Shown here: one piece after another, positions 1 through 8,966 of the stretch
Layout of the letters: every line of letters begins with the position of its first letter
How positions within the stretch are numbered: the first letter of the stretch is position 1
From: Candidatus Parcubacteria bacterium
GTDB lineage: Bacteria; Patescibacteriota; Patescibacteriia; Patescibacteriales; UBA12075
Assembly (NCBI GenBank): GCA_963814275.1
Contig: CAWFCE010000002.1
Span: forward strand, 618,537 to 682,536
DNA: 64,000 nt
Direction of reading: 5' to 3'
Made by a program: the position numbers and the translations under genes
The notes under the pieces: generated by a model
What the model was told of the DNA's origin: nothing
Database searches by the model: none
The model's input: the letters and a program-made list of their open reading frames with translations, nothing else

Positions 1-668
1 GGGTCATACCAGGGGATTGCTGATACTGCAGGTTTTTCGTTGCCGTTTTCATCCAGATTATCGTAAGGCAGCGCAAAATAGAACGGATTTTCTCGGGGAA
101 CAAAACCGCACGGCCGGTAGCCGCAGCGGTCGTCCGGGTCGTCAAAACCGCCGAAATGCGCAGCCCAGGATTCATCCCAGGCGCTTTGGTCGTTGGCGAT
201 ATAGCTATTGTCGGCGGATGCCGGCTCTCCTGCCCAAAAAAAAGTCGCTATTACCCGGTGGTACGCGCTTACAGGAACGGCTTCGGCCGAGTCCGTTCGG
301 GTTTCCGCTGGATTCTCCGGCAACGCCGGGACGGCATCATAAGCCGATTCTGCGGAAGGAATGTCTTCGGTAGTGGGAGACGGAAGCGGGATGGGCGACG
401 GAATAGGGCCGGGTGGTCCGCCGGCCGCATCCGTATTTTGGCCTTGAATTTCAAAACTGTTTTGCGCGCTGCCGCTTGCCGGTGTATCCGGTAGACTGGC
501 AAGCGTCGAAGAGTCGACAGCCGCCGTTGCGCCTTCGGTATCGGTATAATCCATCGGTTGTCCGGTTACGGGTTGCCAACTGTTTTTTTCCGATTGAAAA
601 CGGTTGATCCCGAAAAGTATTGCCGCCACTATCAAGCCTCCGAGTAAATATAGCGTGAATTTTAGCAT
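1..668 (-). CDS. membrane-anchored/secreted protein of unknown function (partial, 3' end off window)
   Basis: Hand translation from ATG at 668-666 gives MLKFTLYLLGGLIVAAILFGINRF (hydrophobic anchor). A Pro/Ser/Thr-rich linker follows, then ...FFWAGEPASADNSYIANDQSAWDESWAAHFGGFDDPDDRCGYRPCGFVPRENPFYFALPYDNLDENG. The frame is open to position 1. It is absent from the ORF track because it has no stop in the window. The plus-strand ORFs 17..373, 156..494 and 413..607 are its shadows. Confidence 0.6.
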   Translation of the reverse strand, partial: MLKFTLYLLGGLIVAAILFGINRFQSEKNSWQPVTGQPMDYTDTEGATAAVDSSTLASLPDTPASGSAQNSFEIQGQNTDAAGGPPGPIPSPIPLPSPTTEDIPSAESAYDAVPALPENPAETRTDSAEAVPVSAYHRVIATFFWAGEPASADNSYIANDQSAWDESWAAHFGGFDDPDDRCGYRPCGFVPRENPFYFALPYDNLDENGNEKPAVSAIPWYD

Positions 669-730
669 AAATTATCCTTATATTTTATATCATATCAAAA
701 TTGGATTATAAAATAATTAAAATTAAATAA

Positions 731-758
731 TAAAAAAAATGGCTATTTTTCAGCCATT
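731..758 (-). terminator. rho-independent terminator candidate downstream of comF
   Basis: Stem aatggct (738-744) pairs with agccatt (752-758). An A-run at 732-739 becomes a T-run on the minus strand. Confidence 0.45.
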
Positions 759-886
759 ATTCCGGTTGTTGTCAATCTGATCAATATAGGCAGGGAACTG
801 GATAGGATGCCAATATGAATCGGCATTGTCAGGTCGATATCGATTATAGTCCTGGCCATATATTTTTTACGGACAAATATTATCTA

Positions 887-1678
887 TCAGTTTTGGGCGA
901 CGGCAATGCCCCAGATTTCCCCGGCTCCATGGGCTTTCAGTACACGGCCGCATTCATTGAGGGTCGCGCCGCTTGTAACCACATCGTCAATGAGCAATAT
1001 CGGACGTCCGTGAAGATCTTTACCGCGCCATTCGAAACAGCCGCTAATGTTATGTATCCGCGCCTTCCGCCGTAATTTGGATTGGGGCCGGGTAAAAACC
1101 TTGCGGCGCAAATCGAGATGATTGACCGCCAGCGGCCAATGACCGGCAATGGAGCGGGCGAGGATTTCCGCCTGATTGAATCCCCGAAATCGTTCACGGC
1201 GCGGATGCAGCGGTACCGGTATTAGCAAGGGCGATTGTATTGTTCGGTTGGCAGCGATGCCGATTATGCGTTGTTCGTTTGAGGCCTCGTTAGCGGCATA
1301 AATGACGTGCGGAAAGCGTTCCAGGCAGGCGACAAGGAGCTGGCCGCAGATCCGCCCCAGATCCGCTACCAGGCGGAATTTGAAATGCTTGATCAAACCC
1401 GACACCAGGGGATCGGCATAATCCGCCGCGATCAGTATTCCTTTCAAAGAATAGTCCGGCGAACAGCGGCCGCAATAATTTCCCAGCCGGTTGGGCCGAT
1501 GGCACGCCGCACAATGTTGCCGGCCGTTTATGGCTATTTTTTGCCAGCAGCTGCCGCATAGCCAAGCGCCTTCCCGTCCGCATCCGAGGCAGGACATCGG
1601 GAAAACGAGATCGACGACAAACCGGGATATCCCGCTGAATTTAATGTATAATTTATTGTAAAGCGTTTTTAACGGCAT
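887..1678 (-). CDS. comF: ComF family protein (phosphoribosyltransferase domain, competence-associated)
   Basis: N-terminal double Cys pairs (CLGCGREGAWLCGSC, CAACHRP..CGRC). C-terminal PRTase motif ILLIDDVVTSGATLNE. Confidence 0.85.
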   Translation of the reverse strand: MPLKTLYNKLYIKFSGISRFVVDLVFPMSCLGCGREGAWLCGSCWQKIAINGRQHCAACHRPNRLGNYCGRCSPDYSLKGILIAADYADPLVSGLIKHFKFRLVADLGRICGQLLVACLERFPHVIYAANEASNEQRIIGIAANRTIQSPLLIPVPLHPRRERFRGFNQAEILARSIAGHWPLAVNHLDLRRKVFTRPQSKLRRKARIHNISGCFEWRGKDLHGRPILLIDDVVTSGATLNECGRVLKAHGAGEIWGIAVAQN

Positions 1679-1787
1679 AAAAACACAAACTCCCGAAAGA
1701 TACGAATTATTCAGGAAAGGAAATAGCCATTTTCCGCCAGCGGAAATTTGGCCAATGGGTGATCCAGTGGATTCGTATATGCGGGAG

Positions 1788-3029
1788 TTATCTCAGCTTG
1801 ATTTGATGTATTCTCTTGGTGGCAGAATCGGTAAAATAAAGATAATAGCCGTTCTCGGTAACCGTAATGTCACCCATATTATAATCTCCGTCAGGGATGG
1901 CAATTAGCTTTTTCAGTCCGGTCTGGGGGTTGATCTCATAAAGACGGTCCTTGGTTTCATTGGCCAGTTCCGGGTACAAACCGGCGGTTGAGGGAAGGTT
2001 TTCCGGCACTGCGCAATAAACGGTATCGTCGCTGTAATAGGCGCATTTATCCGCCCAGGTTTCGACATTCAGCCGTTTCCTATCCGTTCCGATATCATTG
2101 CCTTGGGCGTTGACGATCCATAGCTCCGGCTTCATATCGGTATCGCTCGAGTATACGCTATAAATGAGTTTATCGCCGGACGGGGACCAAAGCGGTTCGA
2201 AACCCCGTCCTTCCACGACCATGGATTTGAAATTCTCATCATGCAAGCCGAGAAAAAACACCTCCTGCCGGTTGAAATCTATGCCCTTGGAGTACATGGC
2301 CACTACCTGGTTATTGGTCGACCATCCCGGGTATACGCTGTCGCTGTTCTCCCCGATCTGCTCGATCGTCCTGACATTGGAACCATTGTCATTGGCAACG
2401 ATCAGCCAGCGGTTTTCCGGATCGAGGCCGATGCTTTTCGCAACAACCTGATCGCCGTTCGGCGCGTAATTGAAATCTTCCCAATGCTGGGGCAGGGACA
2501 CCTGGGTTTGGCCCAGAAAATCATACAAAACATTGGCCCCATCCGGATATTCCAATATGGCGTGGTTTTTTTCAGGTGACCAGGTTATTGATTGGACATT
2601 ATGAAAGGTCTGGTTGGTCAGAAGTTCGGTATTCCCGTCCTTATCAACCCGGTAAAACTTGCCGTCTGCCGCATCGAAATACTGGATATCCTTTCCGTCC
2701 GGGCTCAGTGTCGAACCGATACTTTCGTCTTTGGTGATCGGTGTAGCGGCTGTCAGCCCTCCCCGGGCGATCTGGCTGGCGTTTGTTTCGGGCAAAATTC
2801 CGGACCTTTGTCCGGAGCTTTGACCTTCATCCGGAATAGATGTTCCTGCCTCGCCAGGACCAGCCGCAGGGAATCCCGTGGAAGAAGTAGTCGCAGACGG
2901 TCCCGGTGTCTCGGCTCCGGGCAATATTGAACGGAAGAACAGGGTAAACAGCAAATAAGCGAAGAACAGGATGATTATCAGAAATCCGGAAATTGCCAAG
3001 ATTTTTTTGTATAACGGCCAGTCAGCCAT
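1788..3029 (-). CDS. membrane-anchored TolB-like beta-propeller (PD40 repeat) protein
   Basis: N-terminal TM segment and a Pro/Ser/Gly linker. Repeated PD40-like strings: LSPDGKDIQYF, WSPEKNHAILEYPDG, YAPNGDQVV, WSPSGDKLIYS. Confidence 0.7.
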   Translation of the reverse strand: MADWPLYKKILAISGFLIIILFFAYLLFTLFFRSILPGAETPGPSATTSSTGFPAAGPGEAGTSIPDEGQSSGQRSGILPETNASQIARGGLTAATPITKDESIGSTLSPDGKDIQYFDAADGKFYRVDKDGNTELLTNQTFHNVQSITWSPEKNHAILEYPDGANVLYDFLGQTQVSLPQHWEDFNYAPNGDQVVAKSIGLDPENRWLIVANDNGSNVRTIEQIGENSDSVYPGWSTNNQVVAMYSKGIDFNRQEVFFLGLHDENFKSMVVEGRGFEPLWSPSGDKLIYSVYSSDTDMKPELWIVNAQGNDIGTDRKRLNVETWADKCAYYSDDTVYCAVPENLPSTAGLYPELANETKDRLYEINPQTGLKKLIAIPDGDYNMGDITVTENGYYLYFTDSATKRIHQIKLR

Positions 3030-3406
3030 ATGAAATATATCGGTATTGGTTTTGAGCCAAACGATATTTTATGTTATAATATAATTACTTTAACGTTGTG
3101 CATAAATGCAAATATAGCCTCAGGGATTTTTTAGCGCTTATGTTTTTGATAGTTTTTCCGCCCCTCCTTGTTTTTATGGCTATAATTTTTGGCAATAAGG
3201 CATAAGCAATATATAATAAGCCAGCAATCTCAACATATTTTGGCAAAAAGCTTATTAATGTTGTCTTATTGCTTATCCCCAAGCAACCGGCTAATTCGGA
3301 ATAATCCTGGATTTTGGAAAAATACGCTTAGGTAAGCGAATGTGAAACTTCCATTATATAAATTATATAATATTTAACCATCTTCTGTCAAAAGAACATT
3401 TGTAGT

Positions 3407-4450
3407 ATGGGTTTATTTTCTCAAGCCACTTCTTATTTAGGCGTTGATATCGGCAGTACCAGCATTAAGATCGTTGAACTAAAGCAAGAAAACAATAAGA
3501 TAAAACTGGTTACTTATGGTTTTAGTGAAAAAAGCGCCACTTCACTTTCCGAGAACCACGGAGACACTGCCTACATTGCCGGCCTGATAAATCGAATTTG
3601 CGACGAAAGCGGAGCGGCCAGCAATAGCGCCATATCGGCTTTGCCGACCTTTTCGGTATTTTCTTCGGTCTTGAATTTGACGAATGTGTCCAAAAAAGAC
3701 ATACCGGCCGCAGTCCATTGGGAAGCGAAAAAAGTCATCCCCCTGCCCCTTGACGACATGATTCTTGACTGGAAACAGATCGAAGACGAGAAGCCGGTTA
3801 AGGGCGCCAATAATATCCGGGTATTATTGACCGGTGCTCCGCGGACATTGGTCAAGAAATATATCGATATTTTCAAGCAGGCGCAGATCAGTTTACTGAG
3901 TCTGGAGACCGAAACATTTTCACTGATCCGGTCTCTTTTGGGCAACGATAAATCCACGATCATGATCGTGGAACTTGGCGCCAGCACCACTGATGTGACG
4001 ATAGTTGACCGGAGCATCCCGATATTGAACCGGAGCATTGATGTGGGCGGCATCGCGATCACCAAAGCGATCAGCCGCCAGGCGGGAATAGATTTCGAGC
4101 GGGCGGAACAGCTCAAATACGACCTCGGTATAAGCGCGATCGAGGGCGGGGACAGTGAAATCCCGAAAACGATCGCCGAAACGATCGCTCCGTTGGTAAA
4201 TGAGATCAAGTACGCGATCAACTTATTCCAAAACAAAAATAATAAACAGACGGAAAAGATCGTGCTTTCCGGCGGTTCGGCCCTATTGCCGAATTTGGTG
4301 AGTTATTTGGCTAAAATACTGGATATGAAAGTCATAATCGGCGATCCCTGGGCGCGGATAAAATATCCGGAAGATTTGAAACCCTTGCTTCATGAGATCG
4401 GCCCCCGGATGTCGGTCGCGATCGGCTTGGCGATAAGGGATATGGATTAA
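3407..4450 (+). CDS. pilM: type IV pilus assembly protein PilM (actin-like ATPase fold)
   Basis: N-terminus LGVDIGSTSIKIVELK. Length and position upstream of PilN/O-like genes fit PilM. Confidence 0.9.
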   Translation: MGLFSQATSYLGVDIGSTSIKIVELKQENNKIKLVTYGFSEKSATSLSENHGDTAYIAGLINRICDESGAASNSAISALPTFSVFSSVLNLTNVSKKDIPAAVHWEAKKVIPLPLDDMILDWKQIEDEKPVKGANNIRVLLTGAPRTLVKKYIDIFKQAQISLLSLETETFSLIRSLLGNDKSTIMIVELGASTTDVTIVDRSIPILNRSIDVGGIAITKAISRQAGIDFERAEQLKYDLGISAIEGGDSEIPKTIAETIAPLVNEIKYAINLFQNKNNKQTEKIVLSGGSALLPNLVSYLAKILDMKVIIGDPWARIKYPEDLKPLLHEIGPRMSVAIGLAIRDMD

Positions 4451-4615
4451 ATATATAATATTTATTTTTTGATTATTAACCCAAAGCTGCTTATAAGGAA
4501 ATTATTGCGAGTATAAATATTTTAAAATTGGTAATTAGTAATTTGTAATTAGTAAACTTTATTAAATATATTAATGAATTTACAAATATTACAAAAATTA
4601 TAAATTTATATATAC

Positions 4616-5575
4616 ATGTCTGATTCAAACAATAATTTAGGCGATGGTTCCGGGGGCGGGTTTCTGGGTAAGATAAGGGGAGTGTTTGCCAAAAAAGGGG
4701 ACGACTCCATCTACGCCAATGATTTTAAGAATGAGAAGGAAGTGGCGCTCAGATATCAGACAGCCGCCAAAGAGGAACGGGAGAAGCGTAAGCAGCCCGA
4801 TGATCCGCCGCTGCCGGAAAAGGCAGAGACCCCTTTGGATCATATTCCTGCCGCTTCCAAGAGCGAACAAGTAAAAACGGATAAGGAAAAACAGCTTGTC
4901 CTGGAAGATGAAGCTCCGGCGGCAGGCAAAAAAAGCGCCAAAGACGAACTGCTCGGCAGATTCAATCAGATAAAACAATGGCAGCATCCGCAAACGGTAA
5001 AAACCAACCTGATCCGGGGCGAATCCACCACTTTCGTCGATTGGGGGGAAAAGATCAAGGTATTGATTGTTGGCTTGTCGGTCCCGATATTAATCGTGGC
5101 GGTTCTTTATATCGGCCTGATGGTATGGGAAACCCAGTCCAAAAAAAAGGTCCAGGCGCTGGGTGGTGAAATAACCGACTTGCAAACCAGGATAAAAACG
5201 GCGGAACAGGCAGCCAAGCCGATCGATGAATTCCAGGCAAAAGTCAAGTTGGTCGGCAAGCTTTTGGATGAGCATATCTATTGGACCAATCTTTTCGCCT
5301 TTTTGGAAAAAAACATCTTGTCTAACGCGACATTGCTTGGCGGCTTGAGCGGCGATGCGGAGAATTACAAATATTCGCTCAGCTTAAAAGCCGAACATTT
5401 TGTCGATATACCCAACCAAGTAAGGGTATTGCGGGAAAATCCCCTGGTTAAATCCGCGGAAGTATTCCAGGGCAGCGCAGGAACGGTCTTTGGAGAGAAT
5501 GGCGACCCTTCATCTGTACTCAATTTTAACTTATTGCTCGAACTAGACCCAAGTATTCTAACGAAAGATCAATAA
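4616..5575 (+). CDS. PilN-like bitopic pilus alignment protein with long charged N-terminal extension
   Basis: Single TM (IKVLIVGLSVPILIVAVLYIGLMVW) preceded by TNLIRGE, which resembles the PilN INLLP motif. A coiled-coil follows the TM. Gene order is pilM then this gene. About 125 aa of Lys/Glu/Pro-rich sequence precedes the motif. Confidence 0.55.
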   Translation: MSDSNNNLGDGSGGGFLGKIRGVFAKKGDDSIYANDFKNEKEVALRYQTAAKEEREKRKQPDDPPLPEKAETPLDHIPAASKSEQVKTDKEKQLVLEDEAPAAGKKSAKDELLGRFNQIKQWQHPQTVKTNLIRGESTTFVDWGEKIKVLIVGLSVPILIVAVLYIGLMVWETQSKKKVQALGGEITDLQTRIKTAEQAAKPIDEFQAKVKLVGKLLDEHIYWTNLFAFLEKNILSNATLLGGLSGDAENYKYSLSLKAEHFVDIPNQVRVLRENPLVKSAEVFQGSAGTVFGENGDPSSVLNFNLLLELDPSILTKDQ

Positions 5576-5576
5576 T

Positions 5577-6188
5577 ATGGCAGTAATTAGCGATAATTCC
5601 AATGAACCATCCGAATCCGGCTTATTGAACACGGTTTTGCCGTTATTGCACCGGTATTTAACGCCGCTTATTATCCTGGCCGGTATCGTTATTCTGGCCG
5701 GCTCATATGTTTTTTTGCTCCGTCCGAAATATTCATCTATTACAGAAGAGCTTCAGGCATTGATCCAGTCCAAAGAGGACGACAAAGATATGATGGACCG
5801 GTACCTGATCCGGTTGCGCGGCTATCAGCAAAGCTTTGCATTGCTGGACGATGCAGATAAGCAGGCGTTGGAAAAGATTTTGCCGGCAAAATACGACCAG
5901 GAAGACCTGTTTGCCCTGATCGATTCATTTACTCGCGGCCAAGGGGCGGAGCTTACTTCCATGGAAATAGGCAAAAAATTATCCGCCCGTTCTACTGGAC
6001 CGGGTAGCGGTATCGCATCGGTATTAATAAGCATGAACGTTAGCGGCCTTAATTACCGCGGCCTTAAAAGTTTTTTAGCCGCCTTCGAGCAGAGTATGCC
6101 GCTTATGGACGTGATTAATGTAAGTTACACCGAGGGGGTCGACAGCGTGGCTTTCAAAGTTTTAACTTATTATTTTGACTCAAAGTAA
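5577..6188 (+). CDS. PilO-like bitopic pilus alignment protein
   Basis: N-terminal TM, then a coiled-coil (LLRPKYSSITEELQALIQSKEDD) and an alpha/beta C-terminal part. The start lies 1 nt after the PilN-like stop. Confidence 0.55.
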   Translation: MAVISDNSNEPSESGLLNTVLPLLHRYLTPLIILAGIVILAGSYVFLLRPKYSSITEELQALIQSKEDDKDMMDRYLIRLRGYQQSFALLDDADKQALEKILPAKYDQEDLFALIDSFTRGQGAELTSMEIGKKLSARSTGPGSGIASVLISMNVSGLNYRGLKSFLAAFEQSMPLMDVINVSYTEGVDSVAFKVLTYYFDSK

Positions 6189-6200
6189 CCGGTAGGGACT

Positions 6201-6494
6201 ATGATATCAAGAACAGCCGATAGCAAAAAAAATTTATTCGTTGTTATCATTCTTTTTGCCGTGTTGCTGGGCGGCATAGCGGTTTTGTATTTCCTGGGTT
6301 TTTTATCCGGCGGAGAGGCGGATAGCGGTATGGTCTCAAAAAAGATCAGTGCCGAGCAGTTAAAAAGCCGGATATTGGATACTAGTTTATTCAAAAATGA
6401 AAAATATAAAAATTTAAGGGATTATTCCGTAGAATTGCCGCCAATAGATACCGTGCCGGTCGGAAAAAATAATCCATTCGAGGAGAAGAAATAA
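6201..6494 (+). CDS. small bitopic protein, possible PilP-like accessory
   Basis: One TM. The C-terminal VGKNNPFE resembles the (R/K)xNPF motif I recall in small proteins that close pilMNO(P) operons. Assignment rests on position only. Confidence 0.35.
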   Translation: MISRTADSKKNLFVVIILFAVLLGGIAVLYFLGFLSGGEADSGMVSKKISAEQLKSRILDTSLFKNEKYKNLRDYSVELPPIDTVPVGKNNPFEEKK

Positions 6495-6502
6495 TACTGC
6501 CT

Positions 6503-8245
6503 ATGACAAAACAAGAAGAATTGATCACTATCTTGATACAAAACGATATTATTCCCCGCGACCAGGCGCCGCAAATTGCCGCGGCCCTTAAAGAACCGGG
6601 CAGTAAGATTGACGATGTCCTGCTGAAAAAACGCTTGATAGATGCGGAAAAATTGGCGCAGATCAAGGCCAAAGTATACGGTATGCCGTATATTAATTTA
6701 CGCAGCCAGGAGGTCAAACCGGAGGTGCTTAAGCTGATTTCCGGGGATGTGGCGGAAAATTACAAAGTGGTTTGTTTTGACCGCAATGCCGACCAGCTTA
6801 TGGTGGGGTTGACCGATCCGGATAATTTCAAAGCGATAGAGGCAATAGATTTTTTAGCGAAGCGCTTGGGTACCGGTGTGGAATATTACTTGATAACGGA
6901 GAAAAGTTATTTGAGCGCCGTTAAAATGTATAAGGACGCGAACCAGGAGCTAAACACGGCTCTCGAACAGCGGGCAAGCGAAGAAGAAGAGCTGCTGTCG
7001 GGCAAGGAACAGGACGAGATCGAGATCGAGGAGGTCACCAAAAGCGCGCCGGTCGCCAAAATTGTGTCGGTAATTATCCGCAACGCGGTAGAAGGCGGAG
7101 CGAGCGATATCCATGTCGAGCCGTTATTCAAGGAAAGCCGGGTGCGCTACCGTATCGACGGTATTCTCCATACCTCTTTGGTTTTGCCGCGCAACGTGCA
7201 CGCCGCCATCGTCGCCCGCATCAAAGTAATGGCCAATCTGAAGCTTGACGAGACCAGGATGCCGCAAGATGGCCGGATCCGTGCGGAAATCGGGGAAAAG
7301 GTAATAGATTTCCGTGTTTCCACCCTGCCCCTGATCGGCGCGGAAAAGGTCGTGATGCGCATACTCGATACGACGCGCGGAGCGCCGAAATTGGAGGAGC
7401 TCGGATTCCAGGGCCAGCAACTTCAGGCCATCATGACCGCGCTCGAGAAAACCGAAGGGATCATCCTGATCACGGGACCAACCGGTTCCGGAAAATCAAC
7501 GACCATTTTTTCGATTTTGGATATCGTCAATAAAGAAGGGATAAATATCGCCACGCTTGAAGACCCGGTCGAATATCAGATGCAGGGAGTAAACCAGTCG
7601 CAGGTCAAGCCGGAGATCGGCTATACTTTCGCGAGTGGATTACGCTCTTTTCTGCGCCAGGATCCGGATATCATAATGGTCGGCGAGATTCGCGACGAAG
7701 AGACCGCCGAATTGTCGGTCCATGCCGCCCTGACCGGACATATGGTATTTTCCACATTGCATACGACCGATGCCCCCGGCGCCATTACCCGCCTGGTGGA
7801 CATGAAAGTCCAAGCGTTTTTATTGGGCTCGACGCTCATTGCGGTCGTGGCCCAGCGCCTGACCCGTAAAATATGCGGCAAATGCAAGGAAGAAACCAAG
7901 CTGCCCGACAATTTTGTGAAAGAGGTCCAAAAAGACCTGCAAAAGATCGATAATGAATATATCAAAACTCTCTTGCCGGATTTCGACGAAAAAAACCTTA
8001 AATTCTATAAAGGCAAAGGCTGTTCCGCTTGCGGCAATACCGGCTATAGCGGCCGGGCGGCGGTTTCCGAGGTGATGGTAATCACCGATGAACTTAAGGA
8101 AAAGATATTGGACGGCCGGAAATATCTGTCCGTAAGCGACATCAAAGCGGTTGAAAATTTTTTAACTGTTAAGCAGGACGGTATCCTGAAAGTGATCCAA
8201 GGAATTACCACTTACGACGAAGTGCTTAGGGTAATGCGGGATTAG
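6503..8245 (+). CDS. pilB: type IV pilus assembly ATPase PilB/GspE
   Basis: Walker A GPTGSGKSTT. Asp/His box region MVGEIRDEETA..TGHMVFSTLHT. Tetracysteine CGKC...CSACGNTG. Confidence 0.95.
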   Translation: MTKQEELITILIQNDIIPRDQAPQIAAALKEPGSKIDDVLLKKRLIDAEKLAQIKAKVYGMPYINLRSQEVKPEVLKLISGDVAENYKVVCFDRNADQLMVGLTDPDNFKAIEAIDFLAKRLGTGVEYYLITEKSYLSAVKMYKDANQELNTALEQRASEEEELLSGKEQDEIEIEEVTKSAPVAKIVSVIIRNAVEGGASDIHVEPLFKESRVRYRIDGILHTSLVLPRNVHAAIVARIKVMANLKLDETRMPQDGRIRAEIGEKVIDFRVSTLPLIGAEKVVMRILDTTRGAPKLEELGFQGQQLQAIMTALEKTEGIILITGPTGSGKSTTIFSILDIVNKEGINIATLEDPVEYQMQGVNQSQVKPEIGYTFASGLRSFLRQDPDIIMVGEIRDEETAELSVHAALTGHMVFSTLHTTDAPGAITRLVDMKVQAFLLGSTLIAVVAQRLTRKICGKCKEETKLPDNFVKEVQKDLQKIDNEYIKTLLPDFDEKNLKFYKGKGCSACGNTGYSGRAAVSEVMVITDELKEKILDGRKYLSVSDIKAVENFLTVKQDGILKVIQGITTYDEVLRVMRD

Positions 8246-8287
8246 CGGTTGTCGCTTGAAATCATATAATTATTTATATAAATAGAT

Positions 8288-8671
8288 ATGGCAGGCAATA
8301 AACAAATAAAAATATTATTGATCGAAGATGACCCTTTTTTGTTAAGTATGTATTCGACGAAATTCACCTTGGAAAAGTTCCAGGTTATCGCTGCCGAAGA
8401 CGGGGAAAAGGGCTGGCGGCTGGCCAGCGAGTGCAAGCCGGACATTATACTTTTGGATATATTAATGCCCAAAATGAACGGTTTTGAAGTACTGGAAAAG
8501 CTTAAGGCCGATGAGGCGACCAAGCGCGTGCCGGTAATACTTCTCACCAATTTGAACCAAAAGGACGAGATCGAGCGCGGCATGTCGCTGGGGGCGGACG
8601 ATTATCTTATCAAGGCCCATTTCATGCCGTCCGAGGTGGTGGAGAAAATAAAAAACATAATCGGAAAATAA
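8288..8671 (+). CDS. stand-alone response regulator receiver domain (CheY/PilH-like)
   Basis: ILLIEDD..., phospho-acceptor context DIILLDILMPKMNGFEVL, then PVILLTN and KAHF. No output domain. Confidence 0.9.
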   Translation: MAGNKQIKILLIEDDPFLLSMYSTKFTLEKFQVIAAEDGEKGWRLASECKPDIILLDILMPKMNGFEVLEKLKADEATKRVPVILLTNLNQKDEIERGMSLGADDYLIKAHFMPSEVVEKIKNIIGK

Positions 8672-8740
8672 GCAATTACATTTTGTTATATAAGTTCTTG
8701 CTGAGTTAAATGTGTTATTTTTATTTCTTTTATTGAAAAT

Positions 8741-8912
8741 TATAAATTCATAATTTCTAAATTCTAAACAAATTCGAATGACCAAAATTCCAAATCCAAG
8801 TAACGCTTATGTTTTTCTTATTTGATTTATTTCGGGTTTTTAAATTTTGATCATTGGGTTTTGTTTAGAATTTAGGATTTAGTGCTTAGGATTTGGTGAA
8901 GTTAGAATTATA
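8741..8912. repeat. AT-rich inverted-repeat word element, copy A (ttctaaa / tttagaa arms)
   Basis: Left arm taatttctaaattctaaacaaattcgaatgacc. Right arm gatcattgggttttgtttagaatttaggatttag. Related copies at 43503-43678 and 44778-44948. Confidence 0.5.
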
Positions 8913-8966
8913 AGTAGCATACTTTTTGCATTTAAGTTCTAACATCATTTTCAAAAATATTGAAAT

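Noticed and set aside
17-607. Plus-strand ORFs 17..373, 156..494 and 413..607, and minus-strand ORF 269..502
   Set aside because: They are Arg/Pro-rich and mutually overlapping. All lie inside a longer minus-strand frame (1-668) that has a signal anchor and sensible composition. They are shadows of that GC-rich gene.
3085-3282. 65-aa minus-strand ORF in the divergent promoter region upstream of pilM
   Set aside because: It is AT-rich intergenic DNA with no RBS and no motif. It may be a small membrane peptide, but this is unsupported.
3571-4236. 221-aa minus-strand ORF inside pilM
   Set aside because: It is antisense to a confidently recognised PilM and has no motifs of its own.
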